64,000 nt of DNA from contig JAYZBV010000072.1 of NCBI GenBank assembly GCA_036338595.1, positions 1 to 64,000 of the forward strand. The letters are read 5' to 3'. Position 1 is the stretch's first letter, and every line of letters starts with the position of its first letter. Of the stretch, positions 29,428 through 38,831 are shown piece by piece. The translations under genes and the position numbers were made by a program. The stretch comes from Planctomycetota bacterium (GTDB lineage Bacteria > Planctomycetota > UBA8108 > UBA1146). The notes under the pieces were generated by a model. That model made no database searches. It was not told the origin of the DNA and worked only from the letters and a program-made list of their open reading frames with translations.

Positions 29428-30273
29428 TTGGCGCAGATCGAGTCGGAAGAGACACGGAAAACTATTCCTGCAAACGATTCCCTGGTCGGAAAGACCCGGA
29501 TGCAGGATGACCCGGAACTTGAGCAGGTATGGATCGAGTTCAAGGAATCCCAGAGTAATGAACTCAAGAACAATCTCCTGGAGAGGTATCTGCACATCGT
29601 TCGATACACTGCAGACCGTCTTCACATGAAGTTACCTCAACAGGTTGATGTAGAAGATCTGTACAGTGCGGGTTTGTTCGGCCTGATGGATGCGATCGAC
29701 AACTACGATCTGACTCGCGGAGTTAAATTCGAGTCCTACTGCTCGACCCGGGTTCGCGGCTCGATTCTGGACTCACTTCGAAAGATGGACTGGGTTCCTC
29801 GCCTGGTTCGCTCAACGGCCAACCGGATCGATGCAGCCTGGAAACAGTTCCAGAACGAGACGGGAAGAGAACCCACCGACTTCGAGATGGCTGAGCAACT
29901 GGGAGTGACCGACGAGGAATTCGAATCGATGCAGCGAGAAGCATCTGCGGCTTCCATCGTCTCGATCTCGGAACAGATTTCTGACGAAGGGGAGTCCAGG
30001 TCACTGAGAAAAATCGATATCCTCAATGACAAGAAGGCCAAGTCTCCCGACGAAGATTCTCTCAGAACTGCGATCAAAGAGTTCATCTATGATCAACTGG
30101 ATTATCGTGAGCAGGCGATCATCGAGGGCTACTACTTCCAGGGGAAGACGATGAAGTGCATCGGATTGAAACTCCATCTGTCAGAATCAAGAGTTTGTCA
30201 GCTTCACTCGCGGATCATGAGTCGATTGCGCCAGACCTGCGACAAGCACCGACTCGACTTCATGCAGGATTGA
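29428..30273 (+). CDS. fliA: FliA/WhiG-family sigma factor (sigma28)
   Basis: DLYSAGLFGLMDAIDNYD, KFESYC, RGSILDSLRKMDWVPR, LSESRVCQLH; AGGAGG RBS before TTG. Confidence 0.95.
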   Translation: MAQIESEETRKTIPANDSLVGKTRMQDDPELEQVWIEFKESQSNELKNNLLERYLHIVRYTADRLHMKLPQQVDVEDLYSAGLFGLMDAIDNYDLTRGVKFESYCSTRVRGSILDSLRKMDWVPRLVRSTANRIDAAWKQFQNETGREPTDFEMAEQLGVTDEEFESMQREASAASIVSISEQISDEGESRSLRKIDILNDKKAKSPDEDSLRTAIKEFIYDQLDYREQAIIEGYYFQGKTMKCIGLKLHLSESRVCQLHSRIMSRLRQTCDKHRLDFMQD

Positions 30274-30314
30274 CGATACTGGCGTCCAGGCGGCAGACGC
30301 CGTAACTTGACGCC

Positions 30315-32084
30315 ATGAGCAACTCCGACCAGAGACCCACGGAACAACCGACGCCATCGGGCACCAAGCAACCCCTGCCGAGATGGGTGTTTCTTGTCGC
30401 AGTGTTGCTCGCTTCCCTCGCAGCATCCCAGTTCCTGATCCGTAGCTGGGCGCTGGTCGGATTCCCCCAGGAGATCCGCTACGGCGAGGCGGTCGTGCTC
30501 GATCAGGCACGCAGGGTGATGGCTGAGCCAGGCCTCTACCCCGAGATGGGCAAGGAGCCGTGGCTTCTCGACCAGTACGCACCCTTCTATCCATTTCTGG
30601 CTCACCTCACCGGAAAATTCGCCTCGTCACCCTTCGGTGGGGGGCGAGCCATCTCGTTGCTGGCGACTCTCCTCTCCGCCGTGATGCTGACGCTGATCGT
30701 GCGCAGATCATCGGGCCTGGCAGCTGGACTCCTCTGTGGGGCAGCGATGCTGACGATGATGGAGTTTCTTCGCTTCGGGTTCTTGATGAGGGTCGATCCC
30801 CTCGCATTGTCGCTGGCGATGGTCGGAGTCTGGTGCAACCTGCAGCAGAAAACACCGGTGAGAATCCTCGGCGCGGCGGCTTTCTTTATTGCCGTCTATA
30901 CCCGCCAGACGACGGTGGCACTACTTCTGGTGAGTTACATTCAGATGTGGCGGCAGGAGGGCCGAGGGGCGCTCCGTTGGCCCTTCTCATTGCTTGCGGT
31001 GGGGCTGCTCTTCTATGGTTTTCTTGTGGCGGCCACCGACGGTGCATTTCATCAGCACGCCGTGATGTCGAATCTGTTTCGCTTCGAGTGGGCAGAGGGA
31101 CTGAAGAAAGCATTTTCTGGTTTCATGCCCTGGAGAGCACCACTCTTCATCGGCATCTTCCTGGCATTGATCCCCGGCCCTGAATCGGGAGGAACCCGAT
31201 CTGGAAGGCCCCGCACCATCGGATTCCTGGCGATGGGACTGGCGCTGGGGTGCTGTGTCCCGGCGCTGAAGCAGTTCCTGGTGCCTGGCAGCGATCCGAC
31301 CGTGCTCCACTGGATCCTGTACGGACATGTTGTGCTGCTTGCCTATGCCGCCTGGATCACCATTCGCAGCGACGTCGGCAAGCTGGATGGCAGCAAGATC
31401 GATGGAATCCGGATCCTGATGGCTCTCGCATCGATGACCTTGATCGGGCGCATCGGTTCCGACCTGAACTACCTGTTCGAGGCGGGGATCCTGATGCTGC
31501 TGGTATGTGGAGAAGCGATGGGAAGGGTGGTACCACGGCGGGCTCTGATCATCTCATCGTTGCTGGCGATCCAGGTGCTGGGCGGTTTCTATCTCAGTGG
31601 TCTGCAGCTGGAGTTTCAGCCGGAGCGATTGCTGGAGATGAAGGAGCGCCATCGCATCACCGATCATCTCGAAGCGTATCCCGACCCGGTCCTCAGCGAG
31701 GAGCCATGGGCACTGGCACAAACTGGAAGACCTCTGGTGCTGGGGCCCTACACCGCAAGACAGATGTACGACATAGGCTTGTGGGACGGCAAGGACCTGA
31801 TCGCAGCTCTCGATGCCCAGAGATATTCCGCCATCGTTCGTGCCAAGCAGAGAAGCTGGGCAGGTGTGGAGCGTGACGAAAGTGGACATGTCATCATCGC
31901 TGCGGACGGACTGCCGGTGCCGTACTTTGGCCCCTGGACCTTCAACTCGGTCAGGTCGTTACCACAGGAGATCCAGCAAGCGATCGAGAGGAACTATCAG
32001 CAAGCACCGGGGACCACCATGATCGAGAGGGTGACGAAGTACTTTCTCGAAGGAAGAGAGATCTGGGTACCGATCCCTCGCTGA
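30315..32084 (+). CDS. Polytopic membrane protein, probable GT-C-fold (ArnT/PMT-like) glycosyltransferase
   Basis: YGE in the first loop, YAPFYP, GRAISLL, RVDPLAL, YTRQT; many TM segments and a soluble C-terminal domain. Confidence 0.55.
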   Translation: MSNSDQRPTEQPTPSGTKQPLPRWVFLVAVLLASLAASQFLIRSWALVGFPQEIRYGEAVVLDQARRVMAEPGLYPEMGKEPWLLDQYAPFYPFLAHLTGKFASSPFGGGRAISLLATLLSAVMLTLIVRRSSGLAAGLLCGAAMLTMMEFLRFGFLMRVDPLALSLAMVGVWCNLQQKTPVRILGAAAFFIAVYTRQTTVALLLVSYIQMWRQEGRGALRWPFSLLAVGLLFYGFLVAATDGAFHQHAVMSNLFRFEWAEGLKKAFSGFMPWRAPLFIGIFLALIPGPESGGTRSGRPRTIGFLAMGLALGCCVPALKQFLVPGSDPTVLHWILYGHVVLLAYAAWITIRSDVGKLDGSKIDGIRILMALASMTLIGRIGSDLNYLFEAGILMLLVCGEAMGRVVPRRALIISSLLAIQVLGGFYLSGLQLEFQPERLLEMKERHRITDHLEAYPDPVLSEEPWALAQTGRPLVLGPYTARQMYDIGLWDGKDLIAALDAQRYSAIVRAKQRSWAGVERDESGHVIIAADGLPVPYFGPWTFNSVRSLPQEIQQAIERNYQQAPGTTMIERVTKYFLEGREIWVPIPR

Positions 32085-32140
32085 TTCAGGAATCAGTCGA
32101 GGAACAGTTGTGGCTGCACGGTGGGGGTGCAGGAAAAAAG

Positions 32141-32238
32141 TGGCGGGGGTGCATCGGAATCGAACCGACCTACGACGTTGTTCGCGCCGCACCATGGGTT
32201 TGAAGCCCAGGAGGCCCACCAGGTGCCCATTCACCCCC
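32141..32238 (-). tRNA. selC: tRNA-Sec (anticodon UCA)
   Basis: Reverse complement GGGGGTGAATGGGCACCTGGTGGGCCTCCTGGG-CTTCAAA-CCCA...long variable arm...GGTTCGATTCC...CACCCCCGCCA; 98 nt; directly downstream of selD. Confidence 0.93.
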
Positions 32239-32303
32239 GACGGACCTGAGAGTGTCCCAATTCATGCACGCGGGATCAAGTTGCTCGGTGATGTTACCGG
32301 AGA

Positions 32304-33356
32304 TTACCCCAGTATTCGCACGCGGGTGGAACCCTCAGCAGGTCTCACCTCACCGATGATGCAGTGTCTCTGGACACTCTCTCGTTCCATCGTCTCTGCA
32401 AGAGCCCCGACGTTTTCAGGCGAGATGGCCATCAGTAGGCCTCCAGAAGTTTCTGAATCGAGAGCCAGATTGAGCAGGTGCGACGGTACATCACCGGACA
32501 ATTGCAGATGATCAGCGAGGTGGGCGCGGTTTCGTTTCGAGCCACCGGAGACCAGTTCCCTGCGAGCAAGATCTTCGGCTCCCGGCAGGATCGGCAGATC
32601 TGAAGCGACGATCTCCAGGGTCACGCCGCTGGCAGCGGCCATCTCGGCGGCGTGTCCACAAAGACCGAAGCCCGTGACATCGGTGACGGAATGTGCATCG
32701 AGTGCCTTCGCAACCTCTGCTGCAGCAGCGTTGAGGGTAGACATCGAGATGGTGGCAGCGCTCAGCACATCTGCATCCACCTGGCCCTTGTTGAGAGCAG
32801 TGCTCACGGTTCCTGTCCCCAGGGCTTTGGTGAGCACCAGGATGTCTCCGGCGCGGGCACCTCCGTTGGTGAGGATCTTCGCAGGATCGATGGTGCCGGT
32901 CACGGCGAGTCCATATTTCACCTCGGAGTCGCGGACACTATGTCCGCCCAGCAACGCGCAATTGGCCTCCACCATCTTCTCTGCTCCCCCGGCGAGGATC
33001 TCACCGAGCAGGGACATCGGAAGTTCCTGAGGGAATCCCACGATGTTGAGCGCACTCAGCGGAGATCCACCCATGGCGTAGATGTCCGACAGGCTGTTGG
33101 CTGCTGCGATACGGCCAAAATCCCCGGGATCGTCGACGATGGGCGGAAAGAAATCGACGGTCTGGACGATGCAGTGATCGGTCCCGGGAATCTGGATGAC
33201 ACCCGCGTCATCCAGGGTGTCTGGACCGTGGAGAACCTCGGAGCGTGTCGGTACCTGCAGGCTGGAGAGGACCTCGACCAGGTCCCCCGGAGAGAGCTTT
33301 GACGCTCAGCCAGCACAGGATGCGTATTGAGTGAGTCGAATCGGTGCTTCAGACAC
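32304..33356 (-). CDS. selD: Selenophosphate synthetase, selenocysteine-containing (in-frame UGA at codon 17)
   Basis: GTG 33356 after AAGGAG reads MSEAPIRLTQYASCAG-U-ASKLSPGDL, then DDAGV, DFFPP, ANSLSDIYAMGG, GGHS, DVTGFGL, ETSGGLL. The ORF track captured only the 3' part. Confidence 0.95.
33261..33297 (-). other. Bacterial SECIS-like hairpin in selD
   Basis: mRNA GGGGACCU-GGUCG-AGGUCCUC stem-loop; the G-led apical loop starts about 27 nt after the UGA (33306-33308). Confidence 0.7.
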
Positions 33357-33412
33357 TGGTGCTGCTCCTTCCCGGTTGAGGGAGGATCACACCACATGAG
33401 GATGCCGTCAAG

Positions 33413-34822
33413 TCAGGCTCCCGATGCGATCTCAGCAATTCGTGCCGCGATCAGGTCTACCTCGTCATCCGAGATGGTTCTCACATCGAGAATTACCGAA
33501 TCATCGTGAATGGTAGGAAGTACCGCCGGGTCTCCGGTTCTCAATCTCCTGGCCAGATCCTCCGCCGACCAGCCAGACAGTGTCACCTGGGTGGCACGAC
33601 TTTCGATCGGCCGCCCGGGCAATGAACCGCTACCGGCATAGCCGTCGTGTGAAAGTGGTTTTACAGTCGCGCCGGGGATGGCGCCGATACTCTCGACCAG
33701 TCGAGCCTGGCGCGTTTCCAGTTGCTCCGTGGTTGCCAGAACCCGCTGCAGTGCGGGGATTCGTGCGATCGCTTCTTCCTCGCCACGCAGGTAGATACGC
33801 AGAGTCTCCTCCAGTGCGATGTAAGTCATCCTGCCAGGCCTCAGTGCGCGGTACAGCGGGTGTTTTCGACAGCGCTCGACCAGGTCGGCGGATCCCACGA
33901 TGATTCCCGCTTGCGGACCTCCAAGCAGTTTGTCGCCACTGAAGCAGACCAGGCCGCAGCCGTGGGAAATGCTCTCGCGAACATACGATTCGCCTGTCAA
34001 GCCTCGTGCAGCGAGATCGACCATGCACCCCGATCCCATGTCATGGACCACGGGGACACCGTGTTTTCGCCCAATTTCACACAGATCCTTGATGGTCGTC
34101 TCTTCGGTAAAACCAACCACGCGATAATTGGAGGTGTGCACCTTGAGAATCATCGCTGATTCCGAGTGGCACGATTCGTCGTAATCGGCGGCGCGTGTCC
34201 TGTTGGTGGTGCCGACGGCACACAACTTGGCGCCTCCCTGCTCCATGATGTCGGGAACACGGAAGGAACCGCCGATTTCTACCAGCTCACCGTGGGAGAC
34301 GAGAACTTCCTTTCCCTTTGCAAGAGCAGAGAGTAGCAGCAGCGTTGCACCGGCGTTGTTGTTGACGACGGTTGCATCTTCTGCGCCTGTGAGTTCCTTC
34401 AGGAGCGTTGCCGCCCCTTCATCCCTGCCGCCCCGCTCTCCGCTCTCGAGGTCGACCTCGACGCGGACAGGGTGTCTGAGCGTCTCCACCAGAGCATCTG
34501 CCACATCTGGTGGCAGCGGGGCTCGACCCAGTCCCGTATGAAGAACAACTCCTGTCGCATTCACAACGCGTCTGTAATAGGGCTGGTTGCGTTGCTCGAG
34601 GCGAGCGTCGAGGGTCAGGACGATGTTGTCCTCCTCGAGCTCGGCAGCATCTACTTCTCCATTGAGTGCTCGGGCACGTAGCGAGTCGAAGAGAGATCTG
34701 CACTCGGAAAGTACCAGTGCACGGGAATGGCGAGCACAGAGTGCGCACACATCTTCTCGTTGCAGCAGCCGATCGATCTGTGGCAACCGTCGGAGCAGTT
34801 CACCGGTGTCGGGGCGGTTCAT
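33413..34822 (-). CDS. selA: L-seryl-tRNA(Sec) selenium transferase
   Basis: VVNATGVVLHTGLGRA, VNNNAGA, GELVEIGGSFRVPD, VGTTNRT, KVHTSNY, FSGDKLLGGPQAG. Confidence 0.97.
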   Translation of the reverse strand: MNRPDTGELLRRLPQIDRLLQREDVCALCARHSRALVLSECRSLFDSLRARALNGEVDAAELEEDNIVLTLDARLEQRNQPYYRRVVNATGVVLHTGLGRAPLPPDVADALVETLRHPVRVEVDLESGERGGRDEGAATLLKELTGAEDATVVNNNAGATLLLLSALAKGKEVLVSHGELVEIGGSFRVPDIMEQGGAKLCAVGTTNRTRAADYDESCHSESAMILKVHTSNYRVVGFTEETTIKDLCEIGRKHGVPVVHDMGSGCMVDLAARGLTGESYVRESISHGCGLVCFSGDKLLGGPQAGIIVGSADLVERCRKHPLYRALRPGRMTYIALEETLRIYLRGEEEAIARIPALQRVLATTEQLETRQARLVESIGAIPGATVKPLSHDGYAGSGSLPGRPIESRATQVTLSGWSAEDLARRLRTGDPAVLPTIHDDSVILDVRTISDDEVDLIAARIAEIASGA

Positions 34823-35898
34823 CGAGGACCGTCCTGAGATTTTTCAATGTCCTGTTCAGAGAGGGCTGAGTGTCGAGCCTGGACCACGGCCGCGTCACCG
34901 ACAGAAATCAGTTCGATGCGAGCTTTCAGGTTCAGGTAGGCAAACGGTAACATCCCCTCGATCAGCACAGGACGTCCCGATTGCGAGTCGAACCAGACGC
35001 GCAGTGTGCCGTGAATCCCGAACAGCCCTTCAAACCGCTTCTTCTCGTTCCCGTCGCTGGGAATCGGATTGAGTGCCATCTCGAAGGCATCGTAGTCGCC
35101 CTCCTTGACCGAGATCTGTTGCCTGCTCTGGGGTTGGACCTGCACATACCAGCGAGAGTCGTCATTGACGACTGGAATCGTCATTGGTTCATCTCCTGCA
35201 GGGAACTTTGCGGTTCTGGCGACATAGATTGCGGTCAGGAGATCTACATACGGTTCCTCTACCTCGTGATCCTTGACATGAAGCCAGGTCTCGTGAAGGG
35301 CGATCTCGCACTCCTTGTTGGCACAATGAACTTGCTTGGTTCCCCAGGGAATGGGACCTTTCCATGCCACCTCGGAGACGAAGTGATCCTGGTCCTCGCA
35401 TCCATCCAATCGGCAGTGAGACCGCTTTGAGAAAGCGATCTTGTTTTCATCAAAGATCAATTTCTTGGTGTGGTGCTCGGTTCCTCGCTGAGTATTCATG
35501 AAACTGATGGGCTGCTTTCCACCGGCTTTCATCGTGCTGACGATCCGTTGATCGATGGAATAACCAAACCTCTGTCCGCGGCCTCGAGCGTGCAGGATCT
35601 TTCTGGAATCCGAATCCTCCCAGGTGGCCAGTTCCAGGTAGCCGACGAGAACGCTGGCGCCTTGCCATTCGACGGTGGCCAGGAATAACAACCTCTCTCC
35701 GAGTGGCAGAGCGGAGGGGACGATCTGTGCCAGATCCTCGATGGCGACGCCGGGCACCTGGCTCGAGACAGCTTCCGGAGATTCCTGAGGGGGTTGGAGT
35801 GGGTCATCCGCGCCCGGGACCTGCTGGAGAGGAGCCTGAGGAGGCTCTCCAGCCTGTACTGCCACGAGCAGTAGTGCGGTCAAGAAACCGGATACCAT
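34819..35898 (-). CDS. Secreted DUF3108-like protein
   Basis: Signal-like N-terminus; LPLGERLLF, DLLTAIYVAR, LRVWFD...RPV pattern; stop overlaps the selA start. Confidence 0.6.
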   Translation of the reverse strand: MVSGFLTALLLVAVQAGEPPQAPLQQVPGADDPLQPPQESPEAVSSQVPGVAIEDLAQIVPSALPLGERLLFLATVEWQGASVLVGYLELATWEDSDSRKILHARGRGQRFGYSIDQRIVSTMKAGGKQPISFMNTQRGTEHHTKKLIFDENKIAFSKRSHCRLDGCEDQDHFVSEVAWKGPIPWGTKQVHCANKECEIALHETWLHVKDHEVEEPYVDLLTAIYVARTAKFPAGDEPMTIPVVNDDSRWYVQVQPQSRQQISVKEGDYDAFEMALNPIPSDGNEKKRFEGLFGIHGTLRVWFDSQSGRPVLIEGMLPFAYLNLKARIELISVGDAAVVQARHSALSEQDIEKSQDGPR

Positions 35899-36272
35899 TG
35901 TCACTCCCAACGCAAAGACGCAGCCCATCGGCACCACAGTCGGCCAACGGTCCCCCCTGCCACCGATGGTATACCTCAGTCTTGTTCTTGCCAACGCCAG
36001 AACCCCCCATCCGGGTTCCTGCCTGACTATCCTTGATTTCCCCTTGGGAATCTTCCCCTCAATCGGTTCCCACGTCCTCTCTGAACTCCCATACTGGCTC
36101 GACCTCGAGGAGGCGTTTTCCGCGGGGTTGTGCAGGATCCGCGGTGGTCCTGCTATTCATTGCGGGGGTGGAGTTTCGACGAGCGGTGAGCGATGTCTCA
36201 TTTCTCGTCGGTGATCTCTGGTCCCAATTTTTCCGGTGTGGAGCAGTAGTACACTCGCAGAAAGGGGTACAC

Positions 36273-36542
36273 ATGAACAAGGCCGAACTCGTTGGCGCCG
36301 TTCAAAAGAGTCTCGATGAATCCAAGGCAGGTGCCGAGCGTGCAGTGAATGCAGTGATCGATGCCATCAAGACCGGCGTCAAGAAGGACAAGTCGGTGCA
36401 GGTTGTCGGATTCGGAACTTTCAGCGTTCGCAAGCGTGCAGCTCGTGATGGCCGTAATCCTCAGACCGGAGAGACCATCAAGATCAAAGCTTCCCGCAGT
36501 GTTGCCTTCAAGCCTTCCAAGACCTTCAAGGATATGGTCTAG
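36273..36542 (+). CDS. hup: Histone-like DNA-binding protein HU
   Basis: MNKAELV...GFGTFSVRKRAARDGRNPQTGETIKI...FKPSK; 89 aa. Confidence 0.97.
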   Translation: MNKAELVGAVQKSLDESKAGAERAVNAVIDAIKTGVKKDKSVQVVGFGTFSVRKRAARDGRNPQTGETIKIKASRSVAFKPSKTFKDMV

Positions 36543-36571
36543 GCGACAGGTCTGATTCAAGACGGATGATT

Positions 36572-36610
36572 TCGGGTGTGCCTCGTTCGCGAGGCACACC
36601 CGATTTCTTT
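36572..36610 (+). terminator. Rho-independent terminator after HU
   Basis: 14-bp stem TCGGGTGTGCCTCG-TTCG-CGAGGCACACCCGA followed by TTTCTTT. Confidence 0.9.
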
Positions 36611-36614
36611 ACTG

Positions 36615-38831
36615 CTATAAGAGGTTCTGCGGGTCGATGTCGAGGATGATCCGGGTAGAGGCCCATCTCGGTTTTCCTGCCTGCGCAGTACTGGCGACCT
36701 CACGCAGTGGTCCGCGTTCAGCACTCTTGATCAGCAGGTGCTGACGAAACCTGCCGCGCAAGCGCTCGAGCGGTGCGGGTGCTGGTCCGAGAATCTCGAC
36801 TCCTGGATGATTCATGCTCTTCATCATCTCGGCCATCGACATGGCACTCTCCATCGCCCGCTTCTCATCTTCGTCCTCGCACAGCAGCCGAGCCAGATGG
36901 CCATGGGGGGGATACTTCAGCATCTTCCTGATGGAATCTTCCTCTTCGAGGAGGCCGTCCAGATCCTGACGGGCAGCGCAACACAGCGCGTAGTGCTCCG
37001 GCTGCCTGGTCTGGAGAACGACATGTCCCGGTAAATCTCCTCTTCCCGCTCTCCCTGCTACCTGGCAGAGCAGTTGTGCGGTTCTCTCTGCGGAGCGGAA
37101 GTCGGGCAGCCCCAGTGCGATATCCGCATCGAGGACTCCTACCAGCGTGACCCCGGGAATGTCATGTCCCTTGGCGACCATCTGGGTGCCGACCAGGATC
37201 TGTGTCTCCCCATCTCTGAACCGTCGCAGGATCGCCTCCATCCGTGAGGAACTGGTCACGGTATCGCGGTCGAGGCGGTCGACCGTTACGCCAGGGAACA
37301 GCGATTTGAGGGAGTCCTCGATCCTCTCCGTTCCGGGCGATCGTTGCTGAATTCCTGGGAACTGGCAGTCGGGACACTGCGCAGGGATCGGCCGATGCTC
37401 ACCGCAGTAGTTGCACTGGGAGCGCGACTTTCCCTTGTGGTAGGTCAGAGGAATATCGCATTGATGGCAACGCAGGCCAAATCCGCAGCGAGGACAGTGA
37501 ATGTTGCGAGCGAAACCCCTTCGGTTGAGGAAGAGCAGCACCTGTTCATCTCGTGCAAGAGTGGTGCGGATTCTATCGATGAGAGGAATGGAAAGCAGTC
37601 CGCCTCCACCCACAGATTTTGACTCTGCTCGGCGGTCGATCACCTCGATGGTGGCCAGAGGCCTGCCATTGGCACGCTCATCCAGTCGAAGTCGTTCGAA
37701 TCTGCCTCGCCGTACATTTTCCAGCGATTCCATCGATGGCGTTGCCGAACCGAGCACACAGGGTACGCCGAGCATATGAGCACGCATCACTGCAACATCT
37801 CGTGCGTGATAGCGCGGCGAGTTCTCCTGTTTGTATGAAGATTCATGAGACTCGTCGACGATGATGATCCCGAGATCAGGCACGGGTGCAAAGACCGCAC
37901 TTCGCGCACCCAGCGCAATCTTCACCTCTCCTTGTCGGAGTCTTTCGTAATGCACTGCTCGCTCGGTATCGGGGAGCATCGAGTGCAAGATGGCTACGGG
38001 ACCCAGGCGTTGTGTGAATCGTTCAACCGCCTGAGGCGTCAGGGCGATCTCCGGCAACAAGACCAGCGCGCCGCGTCCCATCTCGAGCGCTCGCTGGACG
38101 CATCGGATGTAGACTTCAGTCTTGCCGCTGCCGGTGACACCGTGAAGGAGGTAGGTCTGGTACTCCTCTTTGGACACCGAGGTGCAGATCTTCTCGACGG
38201 CATCGATCTGCTGCTGATTCGGATCAAAGGTGGGAGAGATCAGGTCGGTGGTCGATCCGTTGTCTTCACGGCCAGGAATGCCAAACTCGGGGGGGAGAGC
38301 ATCAAAGATCTCGACAAGACCCCTACGAGCGAGAGTTTTCACGGGGCTGTCGCTGACGGAGCACTCGTCGACCAGCCTTCGCATCTGGATGGGCGTAGCG
38401 GATTGACGCAGGTGGCCGAGCACCTTCTTGCGCGCCTCCGGGACCTCTGCGGTCAACTCGAAAGATCTTCCCTCGGGGGTCAGTTTGACCCAGTGAACCG
38501 TTCGTACCCGACGGGTGCGCACCGGCCTGGGGAGTGCACACTCGATCACCTCTCCGATGCCACAGAGGTAGTAATCTGCAGTCCATTTCAACAGTTCGAG
38601 CAGCTCTTCCGGAATTTCTGCACCTTGAGCCACGATTCCATCGATTTCGCGAAGCCTGGGATGGGGGGAGTGGTCGGTCAGTTCGACGACCCAGCCGTGT
38701 CGCTTGGTGGGCCCGAATGGGACAAGGACCTGGACGCCGGGTCGGATCTTGTCCTTCAGTGAATCGGGGATCCGGTAATCAAAGGGCGGGTGAAGGGGGA
38801 TGGGGACTGCCACGCGTGCGATGCTGGTCAT
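36615..38831 (-). CDS. priA: Primosomal protein N'
   Basis: GVTGSGKTEVY, PEIALTPQ, DESHESSYKQ, four CxxC motifs, GTQMVAKG, QVAGRAGR, DIDP. Confidence 0.97.
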   Translation of the reverse strand: MTSIARVAVPIPLHPPFDYRIPDSLKDKIRPGVQVLVPFGPTKRHGWVVELTDHSPHPRLREIDGIVAQGAEIPEELLELLKWTADYYLCGIGEVIECALPRPVRTRRVRTVHWVKLTPEGRSFELTAEVPEARKKVLGHLRQSATPIQMRRLVDECSVSDSPVKTLARRGLVEIFDALPPEFGIPGREDNGSTTDLISPTFDPNQQQIDAVEKICTSVSKEEYQTYLLHGVTGSGKTEVYIRCVQRALEMGRGALVLLPEIALTPQAVERFTQRLGPVAILHSMLPDTERAVHYERLRQGEVKIALGARSAVFAPVPDLGIIIVDESHESSYKQENSPRYHARDVAVMRAHMLGVPCVLGSATPSMESLENVRRGRFERLRLDERANGRPLATIEVIDRRAESKSVGGGGLLSIPLIDRIRTTLARDEQVLLFLNRRGFARNIHCPRCGFGLRCHQCDIPLTYHKGKSRSQCNYCGEHRPIPAQCPDCQFPGIQQRSPGTERIEDSLKSLFPGVTVDRLDRDTVTSSSRMEAILRRFRDGETQILVGTQMVAKGHDIPGVTLVGVLDADIALGLPDFRSAERTAQLLCQVAGRAGRGDLPGHVVLQTRQPEHYALCCAARQDLDGLLEEEDSIRKMLKYPPHGHLARLLCEDEDEKRAMESAMSMAEMMKSMNHPGVEILGPAPAPLERLRGRFRQHLLIKSAERGPLREVASTAQAGKPRWASTRIILDIDPQNLL

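Noticed and set aside
14872..32140. Export operon as a genomic island integrated at selC (it lies between tRNA-Ser and tRNA-Sec)
   Set aside because: No integrase, no distal duplication of the tRNA 3' end found, and no evident compositional shift. The only echo is a 9-nt GGGGGTGCA about 20 nt away, which is part of a local hairpin.
33306..33308. selD as a pseudogene with a premature stop
   Set aside because: The UGA is at the catalytic Cys/Sec position with a SECIS-like hairpin, and selA and selC are adjacent.
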